64,000 nt of DNA, from contig DAOVJY010000001.1 of the NCBI GenBank assembly GCA_030632085.1, positions 271,402 to 335,401 on the forward strand, written 5' to 3'. The notes under the pieces were generated by a model. The model searched no databases. It was given only the letters and a program-made list of their open reading frames with translations, and was not told where the DNA came from. Position numbers and translations under genes: made by a program. The stretch comes from Candidatus Omnitrophota bacterium (lineage in GTDB: Bacteria; Omnitrophota; Gorgyraeia; JAGLLT01). This document shows positions 1 to 9,302 of the stretch, one piece after another. Positions within the stretch are counted from its first letter, which is position 1. Each line of letters starts with the position of its first letter.

Positions 1-872
1 GCCAATATGCTGGCAGCACTTGTAAGTTTAGGCCATTCATTCTTCTCGGATAGATAACCGGTTCTTACTTTCTGAAGGTCAACTCTGGCATGTGAACAAA
101 GCAACCTTTGCACCAACTGCTCTTTAGACATTTCAAGACTGAATATAGCAACGGGCACAGAACCCTTAACTGCGGCATGTTCGAGCATCCTTAAAGCTAA
201 AGATGTCTTACCCATTGAAGGACGCCCTGCAATAACTACTAAATCAGACCTTTGAAGACCGGCAGTCATAACATCAAAGTCTGTTAAACCGGTAGCTACT
301 CCCGTCACATGAGTTTTATTTTGATATAACTTATCAATAGTCTCAATACTATCCTTAATAATATCCTTCAACGAAACAAAACCAGCTTCTACTTTGTGGC
401 TTGTAATATCAAAAATAAGCTTCTCTGCTTTATCGAGAAGCTCATCCACATTTTCATGCTCATCACTATAGCCTTCACTGACTATTTGAGTTGAGGCATT
501 AATCAATTTGCGTAAAACGCTTTTCTCTTTTACTATCTTTGCGTAATGCTCCACATTAGCCGCCGTAGGAACTTCAGAAGCTAAACATGTTAAATAAACA
601 GGGCCGCCTACTTCTTCCAATAAACCCTGCTTTTTTAGCATTTCCGTTAGTATCAAGATATCAGCTGCCCTATTTTCAGAAAAAAGATGACACATTACAG
701 AAAACACCCTTCTATTGGCGCTGCTGTAAAAATCATCTTCCTTCAATATCTCAATAGAAACTGATATTGCCGACTCCTCAATTAGCATAGAACCTAAAAC
801 AGCTCTCTCCGCCTCAAGGTTTTGAGGCGGCACTCTCTCTAAAATGCTATCTTTGGCTTTTAAACCTTTCAT
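1..872 (-). CDS. dnaB: Replicative DNA helicase (5' part; runs off left edge)
   Basis: Not in ORF track. Manual translation from ATG at 872 (overlapping rplI stop) gives MKGLKAKDSILERVPPQNLEAERAVLGSML...; Walker A IAGRPSMGKT present. Confidence 0.96.
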   Translation of the reverse strand, partial: MKGLKAKDSILERVPPQNLEAERAVLGSMLIEESAISVSIEILKEDDFYSSANRRVFSVMCHLFSENRAADILILTEMLKKQGLLEEVGGPVYLTCLASEVPTAANVEHYAKIVKEKSVLRKLINASTQIVSEGYSDEHENVDELLDKAEKLIFDITSHKVEAGFVSLKDIIKDSIETIDKLYQNKTHVTGVATGLTDFDVMTAGLQRSDLVVIAGRPSMGKTSLALRMLEHAAVKGSVPVAIFSLEMSKEQLVQRLLCSHARVDLQKVRTGYLSEKNEWPKLTSAASIL

Positions 873-1315
873 TATTCCTTAACTACCCAGACTTTGATAT
901 TAGCAATAACATCTGGATAAATTTTTATTGGAATTTGGTATACACCTAATTTTTTTATTGCGTCTTCGAGTTGAATTTTCTTTTTATCAATTTCGGCAAC
1001 TTCCTGCTTGATGCAGTCAGATATATCTTGAGCCGTTACCGCTCCATAAAGTTTATCATCAACACCTGCCTTGCAAGAAATGGTATATGAATGGTTCTCC
1101 AGTTCTTTGACAAATGCTCTGGCTTCTTCTTTATTTTTAGCTTCTTTTGCCTTCAACTTAGTTTGTTGCTGCTTTAAACTCTTTAAATTTGAAGCATTTG
1201 ATTCAACGGCTAAGCCCTTAGGAATCAAAAAGTTTCTGGCAAAGCCATCCTTAACTTCTTTAACTTCGCCTTTTAAGCCAACTTTATCAATATTAGATTT
1301 AAAAATGACCTTCAT
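872..1315 (-). CDS. rplI: 50S ribosomal protein L9
   Basis: VKDGFARNFLIPKGLA motif; rpsF-ssb-rpsR-rplI-dnaB order. Confidence 0.98.
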   Translation of the reverse strand: MKVIFKSNIDKVGLKGEVKEVKDGFARNFLIPKGLAVESNASNLKSLKQQQTKLKAKEAKNKEEARAFVKELENHSYTISCKAGVDDKLYGAVTAQDISDCIKQEVAEIDKKKIQLEDAIKKLGVYQIPIKIYPDVIANIKVWVVKE

Positions 1316-1338
1316 TTATAAACCTTTCGGTTAAAAAA

Positions 1339-1581
1339 TTAACGTGACCTACTTATATAAGGCACCAAAGCCATATATCTGGCTCTTTTAACAGCTGTAG
1401 CTAACATACGCTGATGCTTGGCGCAAGTACCTGTTATCCTAGATGGCACAATTTTGCCTCTATCAGTCATAAAGCTTTGCAGTATATTCACATCTTTGTA
1501 ATCCAAAATGTTAACTTTATCTTTACAAAATCTGCAAACCTTTTTTCTTCCAAAATTTTTCCTAAATCCTCTTTTAATCAT
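1339..1581 (-). CDS. rpsR: 30S ribosomal protein S18
   Basis: [25 protein letters not shown] motifs. Confidence 0.98.
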   Translation of the reverse strand: MIKRGFRKNFGRKKVCRFCKDKVNILDYKDVNILQSFMTDRGKIVPSRITGTCAKHQRMLATAVKRARYMALVPYISRSR

Positions 1582-1617
1582 TTTTTAAATTCTCCCTAAT
1601 AGACATCATCAATTATA

Positions 1618-2043
1618 CTAAAATGGTACTTCCTCATCGGCCGGTGAAATATCGGTGTCTTGATTTTGCTTATTATCAAAATTTTGGCCTTGATCATCCT
1701 GATTTTTACTCTGCCCTTTGCCCAAAAATTGAATACGCTTGGCTCTAACTTCAAGTACGTTTCTTTTCTGACCGTCTTGCGTTTGCCAAGATCGACTTTG
1801 AAGTGTTCCTTCTGCAAATAGCGGGCTACCCTTACTTAAATACTGACTACAGCTTTCCGCTAACTTCCCCCAAACAACAACGGTCAAAAAACAGGTAATA
1901 TCTTTCATTTCGCCATTTGAGTCTTTGTAACGTTCATTCACAGCCAGGCGTAAATTAGTAACTGCTGTTCCTCCTGGAATAAATTTAAGTTCTGGATCTC
2001 TAGTTAAATTACCAATTAAAAAAACACTGTTTAAACTAGCCAT
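1618..2043 (-). CDS. ssb: Single-stranded DNA-binding protein
   Basis: LIGNLTRDPEL N-terminus, acidic DEEVPF tail. Confidence 0.98.
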   Translation of the reverse strand: MASLNSVFLIGNLTRDPELKFIPGGTAVTNLRLAVNERYKDSNGEMKDITCFLTVVVWGKLAESCSQYLSKGSPLFAEGTLQSRSWQTQDGQKRNVLEVRAKRIQFLGKGQSKNQDDQGQNFDNKQNQDTDISPADEEVPF

Positions 2044-2328
2044 TTATGCCCCCTTTTTCAAAATAAAATGCCTAAGGAGCATGTTATCTAATTTATATAC
2101 ATTGTTTAATTCGGCAATAGTCTTTGTTGGAGCCTTAAAATTCAGCAAATAATATAAGCCTTCACTATATTTCTTTATATCATAAGCCATTTGTTTTTTA
2201 TCTGGTCCCTGAGCACTCTCTATTTGACCTTCGCGCTTGGTAATTTCTCCTTTGATAAACTCAACAGCTTTATCTTGAGATTCCTTATCAAGGTCAGGTC
2301 TGATTATAAATAAACCTTCGTATGTCAC
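2044..2328 (-). CDS. rpsF: 30S ribosomal protein S6
   Basis: YEGLFIIRPDL, MAYDIKK motifs; position upstream of ssb. Confidence 0.95.
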   Translation of the reverse strand: MTYEGLFIIRPDLDKESQDKAVEFIKGEITKREGQIESAQGPDKKQMAYDIKKYSEGLYYLLNFKAPTKTIAELNNVYKLDNMLLRHFILKKGA

Positions 2329-2361
2329 CTAAAAATCCTCCTTTTTTATTGCAATCTAATA

Positions 2362-2937
2362 TTAATCTTTTGCTTTTTCGTTAAATAAATTCATACAATT
2401 ACCGATATCTTTTTCAAGCCAGGAATATACAGCATCTTTAGCTTTGCTAATAGCAGCTTCTAACTCAACCTGCACTTTTTTACTCGGCTTAGCTAATACA
2501 TAAGAAACTAAATTGCCTTTAGTCGCTATATCCTTACCTATACCAACTTTTAGTCGCGGATAATCATTAGTGCCCAGAACTCCGGATATAGACTTTAAAC
2601 CATTGTGGCCACCTTCACTGCCGCTGGCCCTAAAACGGATATTACCTACAGGTAAATTAACATCATCACAAACTATCAAAATATCATCTAAATCAAGCTG
2701 CTTTGCGTCAATAACCGCCTTAACGGCTTGACCGCTTAGATTCATAAATGTAAGCGGCTTCACTAAAATAACTTGTTCTGAATCTATTTTACCAATTCCG
2801 ATTAAAGAACTGTAAGAATTTTTCTTTATGGTTATTTTCTTATCGTCAGCTATGGCATCAATTACCTTAAAACCTATATTGTGACGCGTATCTTGGTAAT
2901 CTTTACCCGGATTTCCCAGGCCAACAATAGCTTTCAT
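2362..2937 (-). CDS. pth: Peptidyl-tRNA hydrolase
   Basis: IVGLGNPG, TRHNIGF, KPLTFMNLSG, GGHNGLKS. Confidence 0.98.
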   Translation of the reverse strand: MKAIVGLGNPGKDYQDTRHNIGFKVIDAIADDKKITIKKNSYSSLIGIGKIDSEQVILVKPLTFMNLSGQAVKAVIDAKQLDLDDILIVCDDVNLPVGNIRFRASGSEGGHNGLKSISGVLGTNDYPRLKVGIGKDIATKGNLVSYVLAKPSKKVQVELEAAISKAKDAVYSWLEKDIGNCMNLFNEKAKD

Positions 2938-2952
2938 AAAAAATTATTTTGG

Positions 2953-3645
2953 CTACTCCTGAGTCTTGGTTTCGCCTTTTTCCTTCTGGCGTTCTTCTCG
3001 TTCCTTCTCACCAATAACCTCAGGTTCCTTAGCACCTTCTTCAGTAACCTCTTCTTCAGCTATCGGCTCTTCCTCAATTTTAGGATGTTCAACTATCATT
3101 ACAACTTCTTCGGGATCAGTCAGTATTTTTATGTCATTATCTACTTTAAGATCCTTGACATGAATAGAATCACCAATTTCCAACTCATCTACATTCACAT
3201 CAATTTTTTCGGGTATCTGTGTAGGCAAGCATTCAATGTCAAGTTCCCAAAGTACGTGCTCTAAAATACCGCCGTCTCTCTTAACACCCACGGCTTCTCC
3301 AACCGGATGAATAGGTACCTTAACCTGAATACTTTGTGTAAGTGAAATTTCACTAAAATCGATATGAATAATATTACCTCGTATAGGATGGTGCTGCATC
3401 TCCTTTATGATAACTGTTTTATGAGTCTTCTTTCCATCTTTCTCATACTCTAATTTAATAATGACGTTTTCACCGGCTGATGTATGCAGGGCATGAATAA
3501 GATCGACTGACTTTACAGCTAAATTAACACCTATTTTACCTTTTTTATAAACAATAACCGGAGCTAATCCGGCATTCCTCAGGCGCTTAGCCGCTTCTTT
3601 TCCCGTTGCCTCTCTTTGTTGGGCATGGATTATAATTTCTGCCAT
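2953..3645 (-). CDS. rplY: 50S ribosomal protein L25/Ctc
   Basis: GKEAAKRLR, HIDF, GVKRDGG, acidic tail; prs-rplY-pth order. Confidence 0.96.
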   Translation of the reverse strand: MAEIIIHAQQREATGKEAAKRLRNAGLAPVIVYKKGKIGVNLAVKSVDLIHALHTSAGENVIIKLEYEKDGKKTHKTVIIKEMQHHPIRGNIIHIDFSEISLTQSIQVKVPIHPVGEAVGVKRDGGILEHVLWELDIECLPTQIPEKIDVNVDELEIGDSIHVKDLKVDNDIKILTDPEEVVMIVEHPKIEEEPIAEEEVTEEGAKEPEVIGEKEREERQKEKGETKTQE

Positions 3646-3691
3646 ATCGTAAACCTCTTTCTTGTCTCAACAAATATTTTTTCTTGTATTT

Positions 3692-4630
3692 TTAAATAAA
3701 TAAAGCGCTCACTGATTCCTCTTTATGAATACGCATAATTGCTTCCGCGAACAGCGGCGCTACAGATAGAACTTTTATTCTATCACATTTCTTTGCTTTG
3801 TCAATTGCAATCGTATCAGTCACCAACAACTCTCTAAGATGCGAATTATTAATCCTTTCTATAGCCGGAGGAGCTAAAATTGGGTGGGTTATAGTAGCAT
3901 ATACATCTTTAGCACCTTCTTCTTTCAAAGCCACAATACCTTCAACTAAAGTTCCGGCTGTCGAGATAATATCATCAACCATTACAATATTCTTACCTCT
4001 AACATCACCAATTATATGCATAACTTCAGCTTGTTTATCGCTAACTCTTCTTTTATCAACTATAGCTAATTCCGCTCCCAGGTACTTGGCGTACGCGCGG
4101 GCCATCTTAATTCCACCTACATCAGGAGCAACAACACACAAATCTTTTATATTCATCTTAGAAAAATAACTAACAAATGTATTTACAGCATATAAATTAT
4201 CAACCGGCATATTAAAAAAACCCTGAATCTGCTCAGCATGCAAATCCATTGTCAAAACTCTATTAACACCTGCCGCCGCCAAAATATCGGCAACCAGTTT
4301 AGCGGTAATCGGAACTCTGGGTTGATCCTTTCTATCCTGCCTGGCATATCCGTAATAAGGCATAACGGCTGTAATGCGCCTTGCCGAAGCGCGCTTTAGA
4401 GCATCAACCAGAATAAGCAGCTCCATAATACTGTCGTTTGTTGGAGGAGAAGTTGGCTGAATCACAAAAACATCTTTACCGCGTACATTCTCTTCAATTT
4501 TTACTTTGACTTCCCCATCGGCAAATCTACTTATAGTTGATTTACCCAATGCTATTCTTAAATTTTTTGCGATATCCTCTGCAAGCTTAATATTAGCATT
4601 GCCGGAAAATAAAGCTATTTTCCCGTTCAT
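3692..4630 (-). CDS. prs: Ribose-phosphate pyrophosphokinase
   Basis: PYYGYARQDRK, DLHAEQIQGFF, VDDIISTAGT. Confidence 0.98.
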   Translation of the reverse strand: MNGKIALFSGNANIKLAEDIAKNLRIALGKSTISRFADGEVKVKIEENVRGKDVFVIQPTSPPTNDSIMELLILVDALKRASARRITAVMPYYGYARQDRKDQPRVPITAKLVADILAAAGVNRVLTMDLHAEQIQGFFNMPVDNLYAVNTFVSYFSKMNIKDLCVVAPDVGGIKMARAYAKYLGAELAIVDKRRVSDKQAEVMHIIGDVRGKNIVMVDDIISTAGTLVEGIVALKEEGAKDVYATITHPILAPPAIERINNSHLRELLVTDTIAIDKAKKCDRIKVLSVAPLFAEAIMRIHKEESVSALFI

Positions 4631-5949
4631 TTTACGCTCCTGCCTTTGTTTGTTTTTTTAGTTTCTCTTTTTCTCTTTATTTCTTTGGCGGGTACTCCCA
4701 CCACAACAGCGCCGCTTCTAACTTTACCTTTAGTTACAAGTGAATTGGCTCCGGTGATAGCACCTTTACCAATCTCCACAGGAGCCACAAGAATACTACC
4801 GCTACCTATAAAAGCATTGTCCCCTATAATGGTCATATTTTTTTCTTTGCCGTTATAATTAGCGGTTACCGCGCCGGCTCCTATATTAACTTTTTCGCCC
4901 AGCTGGCTGTCTCCAATATACGCCAGATGACTAACTTTACTATTTGATTTTATTGTCGCCCTGACTATTTCAACAAAATTACCAAGCTTAACATTATCTT
5001 TAATAACTGAACCGGGTCTAATTCTTAAAAAAGGCCCTAGACGACATTTTTTGCCTATCTTAACATTTTTCTCTATCCTAACAAAAGGCTCAATAATTGT
5101 ATCCGCCCCTATTTCTACATTTTCATCAATATAAACCGTATCAGGGTCGATAATCGTTACTCCTCCTTCAATAATTCGTTTCACAATTCTCTTGCGCATA
5201 ATCTTATGAACCTGAATTAATTCAAAGCGTGAATTAATGCCGATAATCTCTTCTACATCAAGAGTCTCATAAGAATCAATTTTTAAATCCTGCAAAGAAA
5301 GCACTTCAATAATATCAGTAAGATAATATTCCCTTTTTATATTATTGCGCTTAATTTTATAAATATTATCAAAAAGACTTTTGGCTTTAAAACAATAGAC
5401 CCCGGTGTTAATCTCTTCAATAACCTTTTCATATAGTGAAGTGTCTTTTTCTTCGATAATTTTTACAACTCGGCCTTCATCGTTTCTTAGTATCCGGCCG
5501 TAACCGGTTGGGTTCTTAATCGTTGCCGTTAGAACACTACAATCCGCTTTGCTTTTTCTGCTAACTTCTATTAATGCCCGAAGAGTTTCGTTTGATATAA
5601 GCGGCGCGTCAGCACACAAAACTAAAACATCACCCTTAAACCCTGAAAGTTTCTTTATGCCCTGCTTCACAGCATCTGCAGTGCCTAGAAGTTTCTCTTG
5701 AATTACAATCTCACTTCTGGAGCCGATGAATTTAACAACATCCTTCGACTTATAACCGATTACAGTAACAACCTTTCCTATACCTAAAGACCGCAAAGTA
5801 TCTAAGGTATATTGAATTAAAGTTTTGCCGTAAATACTGTGCAGAACCTTGGGAATTTCTGAGTTCATTCTGGTACCTTCACCGGCAGCTAAGACAATAC
5901 AAGCTACATCGGTCAAGATTTTCATAGATTTGTTTGCCTTTTTTTTCAT
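4627..5949 (-). CDS. glmU: Bifunctional UDP-GlcNAc pyrophosphorylase/acetyltransferase
   Basis: LAAGEGTRMNS..PKVLH, GYGRILR, EYYLTD, hexapeptide-repeat C-terminus. Confidence 0.95.
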   Translation of the reverse strand: MKKKANKSMKILTDVACIVLAAGEGTRMNSEIPKVLHSIYGKTLIQYTLDTLRSLGIGKVVTVIGYKSKDVVKFIGSRSEIVIQEKLLGTADAVKQGIKKLSGFKGDVLVLCADAPLISNETLRALIEVSRKSKADCSVLTATIKNPTGYGRILRNDEGRVVKIIEEKDTSLYEKVIEEINTGVYCFKAKSLFDNIYKIKRNNIKREYYLTDIIEVLSLQDLKIDSYETLDVEEIIGINSRFELIQVHKIMRKRIVKRIIEGGVTIIDPDTVYIDENVEIGADTIIEPFVRIEKNVKIGKKCRLGPFLRIRPGSVIKDNVKLGNFVEIVRATIKSNSKVSHLAYIGDSQLGEKVNIGAGAVTANYNGKEKNMTIIGDNAFIGSGSILVAPVEIGKGAITGANSLVTKGKVRSGAVVVGVPAKEIKRKRETKKTNKGRSVK

Positions 5950-6007
5950 TTAATGTCAGCCTTATTAAAATAGTGTTGAAAGTATTTATAGAACCGTTGC
6001 CCGGTAT

Positions 6008-6081
6008 TGGCTGCCCGGCGAGGATTCGAACCTCGAACCTCGCCTCCAAAGGGCGGTGTGATGCCATTTCACCACCGGGCA
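6008..6081 (-). tRNA. tRNA-Gln(UUG)
   Basis: Reverse complement TGCCCGGTGGTGAAATGGCATCACACCGCCCTTTGGAGGCGAGGTTCGAGGTTCGAATCCTCGCCGGGCAGCCA: cloverleaf, TTG anticodon, GGTTCGAATCC T-arm, encoded CCA. Confidence 0.95.
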
Positions 6082-6141
6082 AATACTTAAGATGCTGAAT
6101 TTAATTGCTAAAATAAAGAATATGCTACCTGCATAACTGTC

Positions 6142-6585
6142 TTAAGCTTTTGCCTGGTTGTTGTTATCTATATTTTCATCGCTCGTATGTGAATGGGTGT
6201 CGGACGCTTTCTCAGATTCAGGAAGCGAGTCGTATTTATCTAAAACGGCTTTCTGGATATGTTCTCTAAATTCAGAATTAATCGGATGAGCTATATCTCT
6301 ATGCTCACTTTGTCTTTCCTCTTTGTCCGTGGGAACGATTTCAATCATAGGTAAGGTAGCGCCACAGGCATTACAATATTTACTGCGAACCACATTTCTA
6401 TGACCACACTTAGAACAGCTTTCCTTCATCTTTCTGGAAGGCATAGCAACGAATAATCCTTTATTGCCTTGAATAACTTTAATATCACGTACAACAAAAC
6501 AATCATCGAAAGTTACAGTCGCGTATGCTTTTAACTTTTTATCCCTGCTTTCTCTTGGAAATATTCTAACCTCTGTAATTTCCAT
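6142..6585 (-). CDS. spoVG: SpoVG family protein with inserted CxxC..CxxC zinc ribbon
   Basis: MEITEVRI, FVVRDIKVI, GLFVAMPSRK, DIAHPIN. Confidence 0.93.
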   Translation of the reverse strand: MEITEVRIFPRESRDKKLKAYATVTFDDCFVVRDIKVIQGNKGLFVAMPSRKMKESCSKCGHRNVVRSKYCNACGATLPMIEIVPTDKEERQSEHRDIAHPINSEFREHIQKAVLDKYDSLPESEKASDTHSHTSDENIDNNNQAKA

Positions 6586-6633
6586 TGGTTACTCCTTTCA
6601 CGACGTTGATAAACTGCTCTGCCGCCAACAATT

Positions 6634-7497
6634 TTATACAGTGCGACAAATAAAAATACTTACATCCCCCAACATACTGCTTACGCTTGCTTTAACTGCC
6701 TCCGCCTCCCCTTCTGTTTGACAAATACCAAAAACACACGGACCGCTACCTGACAACAACACGGCCTCAACACCAGCAGCTCTTAGTGCTTTTTCGGCGT
6801 TTTGAACCTCTTTATATGAAGCTCCCACCACAGACGCCAGATCATTATAAAGAACCGGAGCGATTTCTTCTAAATTTGCGCTTTTAAGAGCGCGAATCAT
6901 TATTGTAGCACCGGGCTTTTTCTTTGTCAAGCTTAACTTAAAATGCTCGTAAGCCCATTTACTGCTTATATGAATTTTAGGGTAAATTATTACATACCAG
7001 TAAGTAGGAACATTTTTTACAGGCTCTAAAACTTCCCCTATACCGCAACCTAAGGCACACGATTCATCCAATAAAAAAAATGGAACATCAGCTCCTAATT
7101 TTATCCCCATTTTAAGTAATTTCGCCTGGCTAACACCTAAACTACACATCTTATTTACAGCCTTCATTACAGTTGCGGCATTACTACTACCTCCACCTAA
7201 ACCGGCGGCTACAGGTATCACTTTATTAATGTGAATTTTTAACCCAATTTTAGCGCCCGTTTCATGAAATAACAATTCAACGGCTTTATAGGCAAGATTT
7301 GAAGAATTATTAGGAACCGCCGGATGCTTACAGGTAATTTGAATATCTGTTTGATTGATTTTTTCTATTAGGATGGTGTCGTGCAGATTCACTCTTTGAA
7401 AAAGAGTTTCAATTTCGTGATAACCGTCACTTCTTTTTTTCTTAATTTCTAAATATAAATTAACTTTTGCTGGCGAGTTAACCTTTATTCTGCGCAT
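6634..7497 (-). CDS. ispE: 4-diphosphocytidyl-2-C-methyl-D-erythritol kinase
   Basis: PAKVNLYL, IPVAAGLGGGSSNAA, LSGSGP; ATG at 7497 has a GAGG RBS (track start 7512). Confidence 0.97.
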   Translation of the reverse strand: MRRIKVNSPAKVNLYLEIKKKRSDGYHEIETLFQRVNLHDTILIEKINQTDIQITCKHPAVPNNSSNLAYKAVELLFHETGAKIGLKIHINKVIPVAAGLGGGSSNAATVMKAVNKMCSLGVSQAKLLKMGIKLGADVPFFLLDESCALGCGIGEVLEPVKNVPTYWYVIIYPKIHISSKWAYEHFKLSLTKKKPGATIMIRALKSANLEEIAPVLYNDLASVVGASYKEVQNAEKALRAAGVEAVLLSGSGPCVFGICQTEGEAEAVKASVSSMLGDVSIFICRTV

Positions 7498-7508
7498 GGC
7501 AGCCTCTA

Positions 7509-8447
7509 TCAAACCCCTAGTAGTTCTTTGGCTCGTTTTACAATATCATCTGCCGTAAGCTCATAATATTTCATCAATTCTTCTGTCGTACCGGATTGAC
7601 CAAATCGATTCTTAACACCCATTAACTTCATAGGAACCGGATTATTTTGACAAACAACCTCGGCAACCGCCGAACCTAAACCCCCAAAAACAGTATGCTC
7701 TTCACAGGTAATAATACCCTTGGTTTCTTTGGCGGCTTTAAGAACGATTTCTTCATCTAATGGTTTAGGAGTATGCATGTTTATAACTCGCAAACTTACA
7801 CCCTGCCTTTGAAGCGTTTTGGCCGCATCTAACGCCTCAAAAACCATATTGCCGCAAGCGATAACTGTCAGATCATCGCCCTCTTTTAACGTCTTAGCTT
7901 TGCCAATAATAAATTCATCTTCTTCTTTTGAAATCAGAGGAACCCCGCTACGCGTAAAACGTAAATATACCGGATGCTGAATGTTGGCAGCTGCAATTGT
8001 CGCTTTTCTAGCTTCAATAGCGTCAACTGGAACAACCACAATCATATTGGGCAAAGCTCTCATAAGAGTGATCTCTTCTAAAGCCTGATGTGTCGCCCCA
8101 TCCGGCCCCACAGAAATCCCTCCGTGAGTTCCGGCAATATTAACGTTTAAATCCATATAGCTGACAGATATGCTTAACTGATTCCAAGCTCTACCGGCGG
8201 CAAAAACTCCGAAAGTACAACAGAAAGGAACCTTGCCTTCTAAAGCCAAACCGGCGGCAACGCTCATCATGTTTTCTTCAGCTACTCCGCAGGAAATAAA
8301 TTTCTCCGGATACTCATTTTTAAACCAGTTAGCTCTGGTTGACTCTGTTAAATCAGCCGAAAGAACCACTACATCCTTATTTTTTTTACCTAGTTCCAGC
8401 AGTCCTTTACCAAAACCGTCTCTCGTAGGAACTTTTTTAATCTCCAT
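7509..8447 (-). CDS. Transketolase, C-terminal subunit
   Basis: GVAEENM, GPDGATHQ, EEH..GGLGSAVAE. Confidence 0.95.
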   Translation of the reverse strand: MEIKKVPTRDGFGKGLLELGKKNKDVVVLSADLTESTRANWFKNEYPEKFISCGVAEENMMSVAAGLALEGKVPFCCTFGVFAAGRAWNQLSISVSYMDLNVNIAGTHGGISVGPDGATHQALEEITLMRALPNMIVVVPVDAIEARKATIAAANIQHPVYLRFTRSGVPLISKEEDEFIIGKAKTLKEGDDLTVIACGNMVFEALDAAKTLQRQGVSLRVINMHTPKPLDEEIVLKAAKETKGIITCEEHTVFGGLGSAVAEVVCQNNPVPMKLMGVKNRFGQSGTTEELMKYYELTADDIVKRAKELLGV

Positions 8448-8471
8448 TTATTTCTCCTAAAATAAAATCTA

Positions 8472-9302
8472 CTATTGCTTCTTAAGTTCAGCCAGGGCTT
8501 TTTTAACCTCATCTTCTTTAGGTGCTACTCCATGCCAAGAGGCTTTATTTTCCATAAAGGAAACACCTTTACCTTTAATGGTATCAGCTAAAATCACCGA
8601 TGGTTTTCCTTTAGTTGCCCGCGCCTTATCAAAAGCATCCATCAGACTTACAAAATCATGGCCGTCAGTTTTAATAACTTCCCAGCCAAATGATTGCCAC
8701 TTATCGGCCAGAGGTTCTATGCTCATAACATCTTTCAAAAAGCCATCTATTTGGATTTTATTACTGTCTACAATACCACAAATATTATCCAATTTATTAA
8801 AAGAAGTCATCATGGCTGCTTCCCAAATTTGACCTTCTTGAAGCTCGCCGTCACCCATAAGGCAATATGTCCTGTAATCCCTGTTGTCCATTTTGGCTGC
8901 TAAAGCTAAACCCAAAGCAATAGAAAGACCTTGCCCCAATGAACCGGTTGAAGCTTCCAAACCAAGCGAAATATCTCTCTGCGGGTGCCCTTGAAGCTTA
9001 GACTTCATCTTTCTTAGAGTCCAAAGTAAATCTTCGCTAAAATAACCACAGTCCGCTAAAACAGCATACAACGTTGGACATCCGTGACCCTTAGAAAGGA
9101 TAAATCTGTCCCTCTGGGGCCAATCAGGTTTTTTGGAATTATGCGACAATTCATAATTATATAAACTAAGGATAATTTCTACTTCAGAAAGTGAACCTCC
9201 TGTATGTCCACTACCGGCTATCTGGAGCATTTTTAAAATAGTACCTCTTATTTTTAAAGCCTTTTCTTTTAATTCATTTACATCAGGCCTTTTTCTCATC
9301 AT
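8472..9302 (-). CDS. Transketolase, N-terminal subunit
   Basis: SGHTGGSLS, RDRFILSKGH, TGSLGQG, GDGELQEG TPP motif. Confidence 0.95.
   Translation of the reverse strand: MMRKRPDVNELKEKALKIRGTILKMLQIAGSGHTGGSLSEVEIILSLYNYELSHNSKKPDWPQRDRFILSKGHGCPTLYAVLADCGYFSEDLLWTLRKMKSKLQGHPQRDISLGLEASTGSLGQGLSIALGLALAAKMDNRDYRTYCLMGDGELQEGQIWEAAMMTSFNKLDNICGIVDSNKIQIDGFLKDVMSIEPLADKWQSFGWEVIKTDGHDFVSLMDAFDKARATKGKPSVILADTIKGKGVSFMENKASWHGVAPKEDEVKKALAELKKQ

Noticed and set aside
5879-6082. 67-aa ORF
   Set aside because: Overlaps tRNA-Gln and the glmU start; spurious
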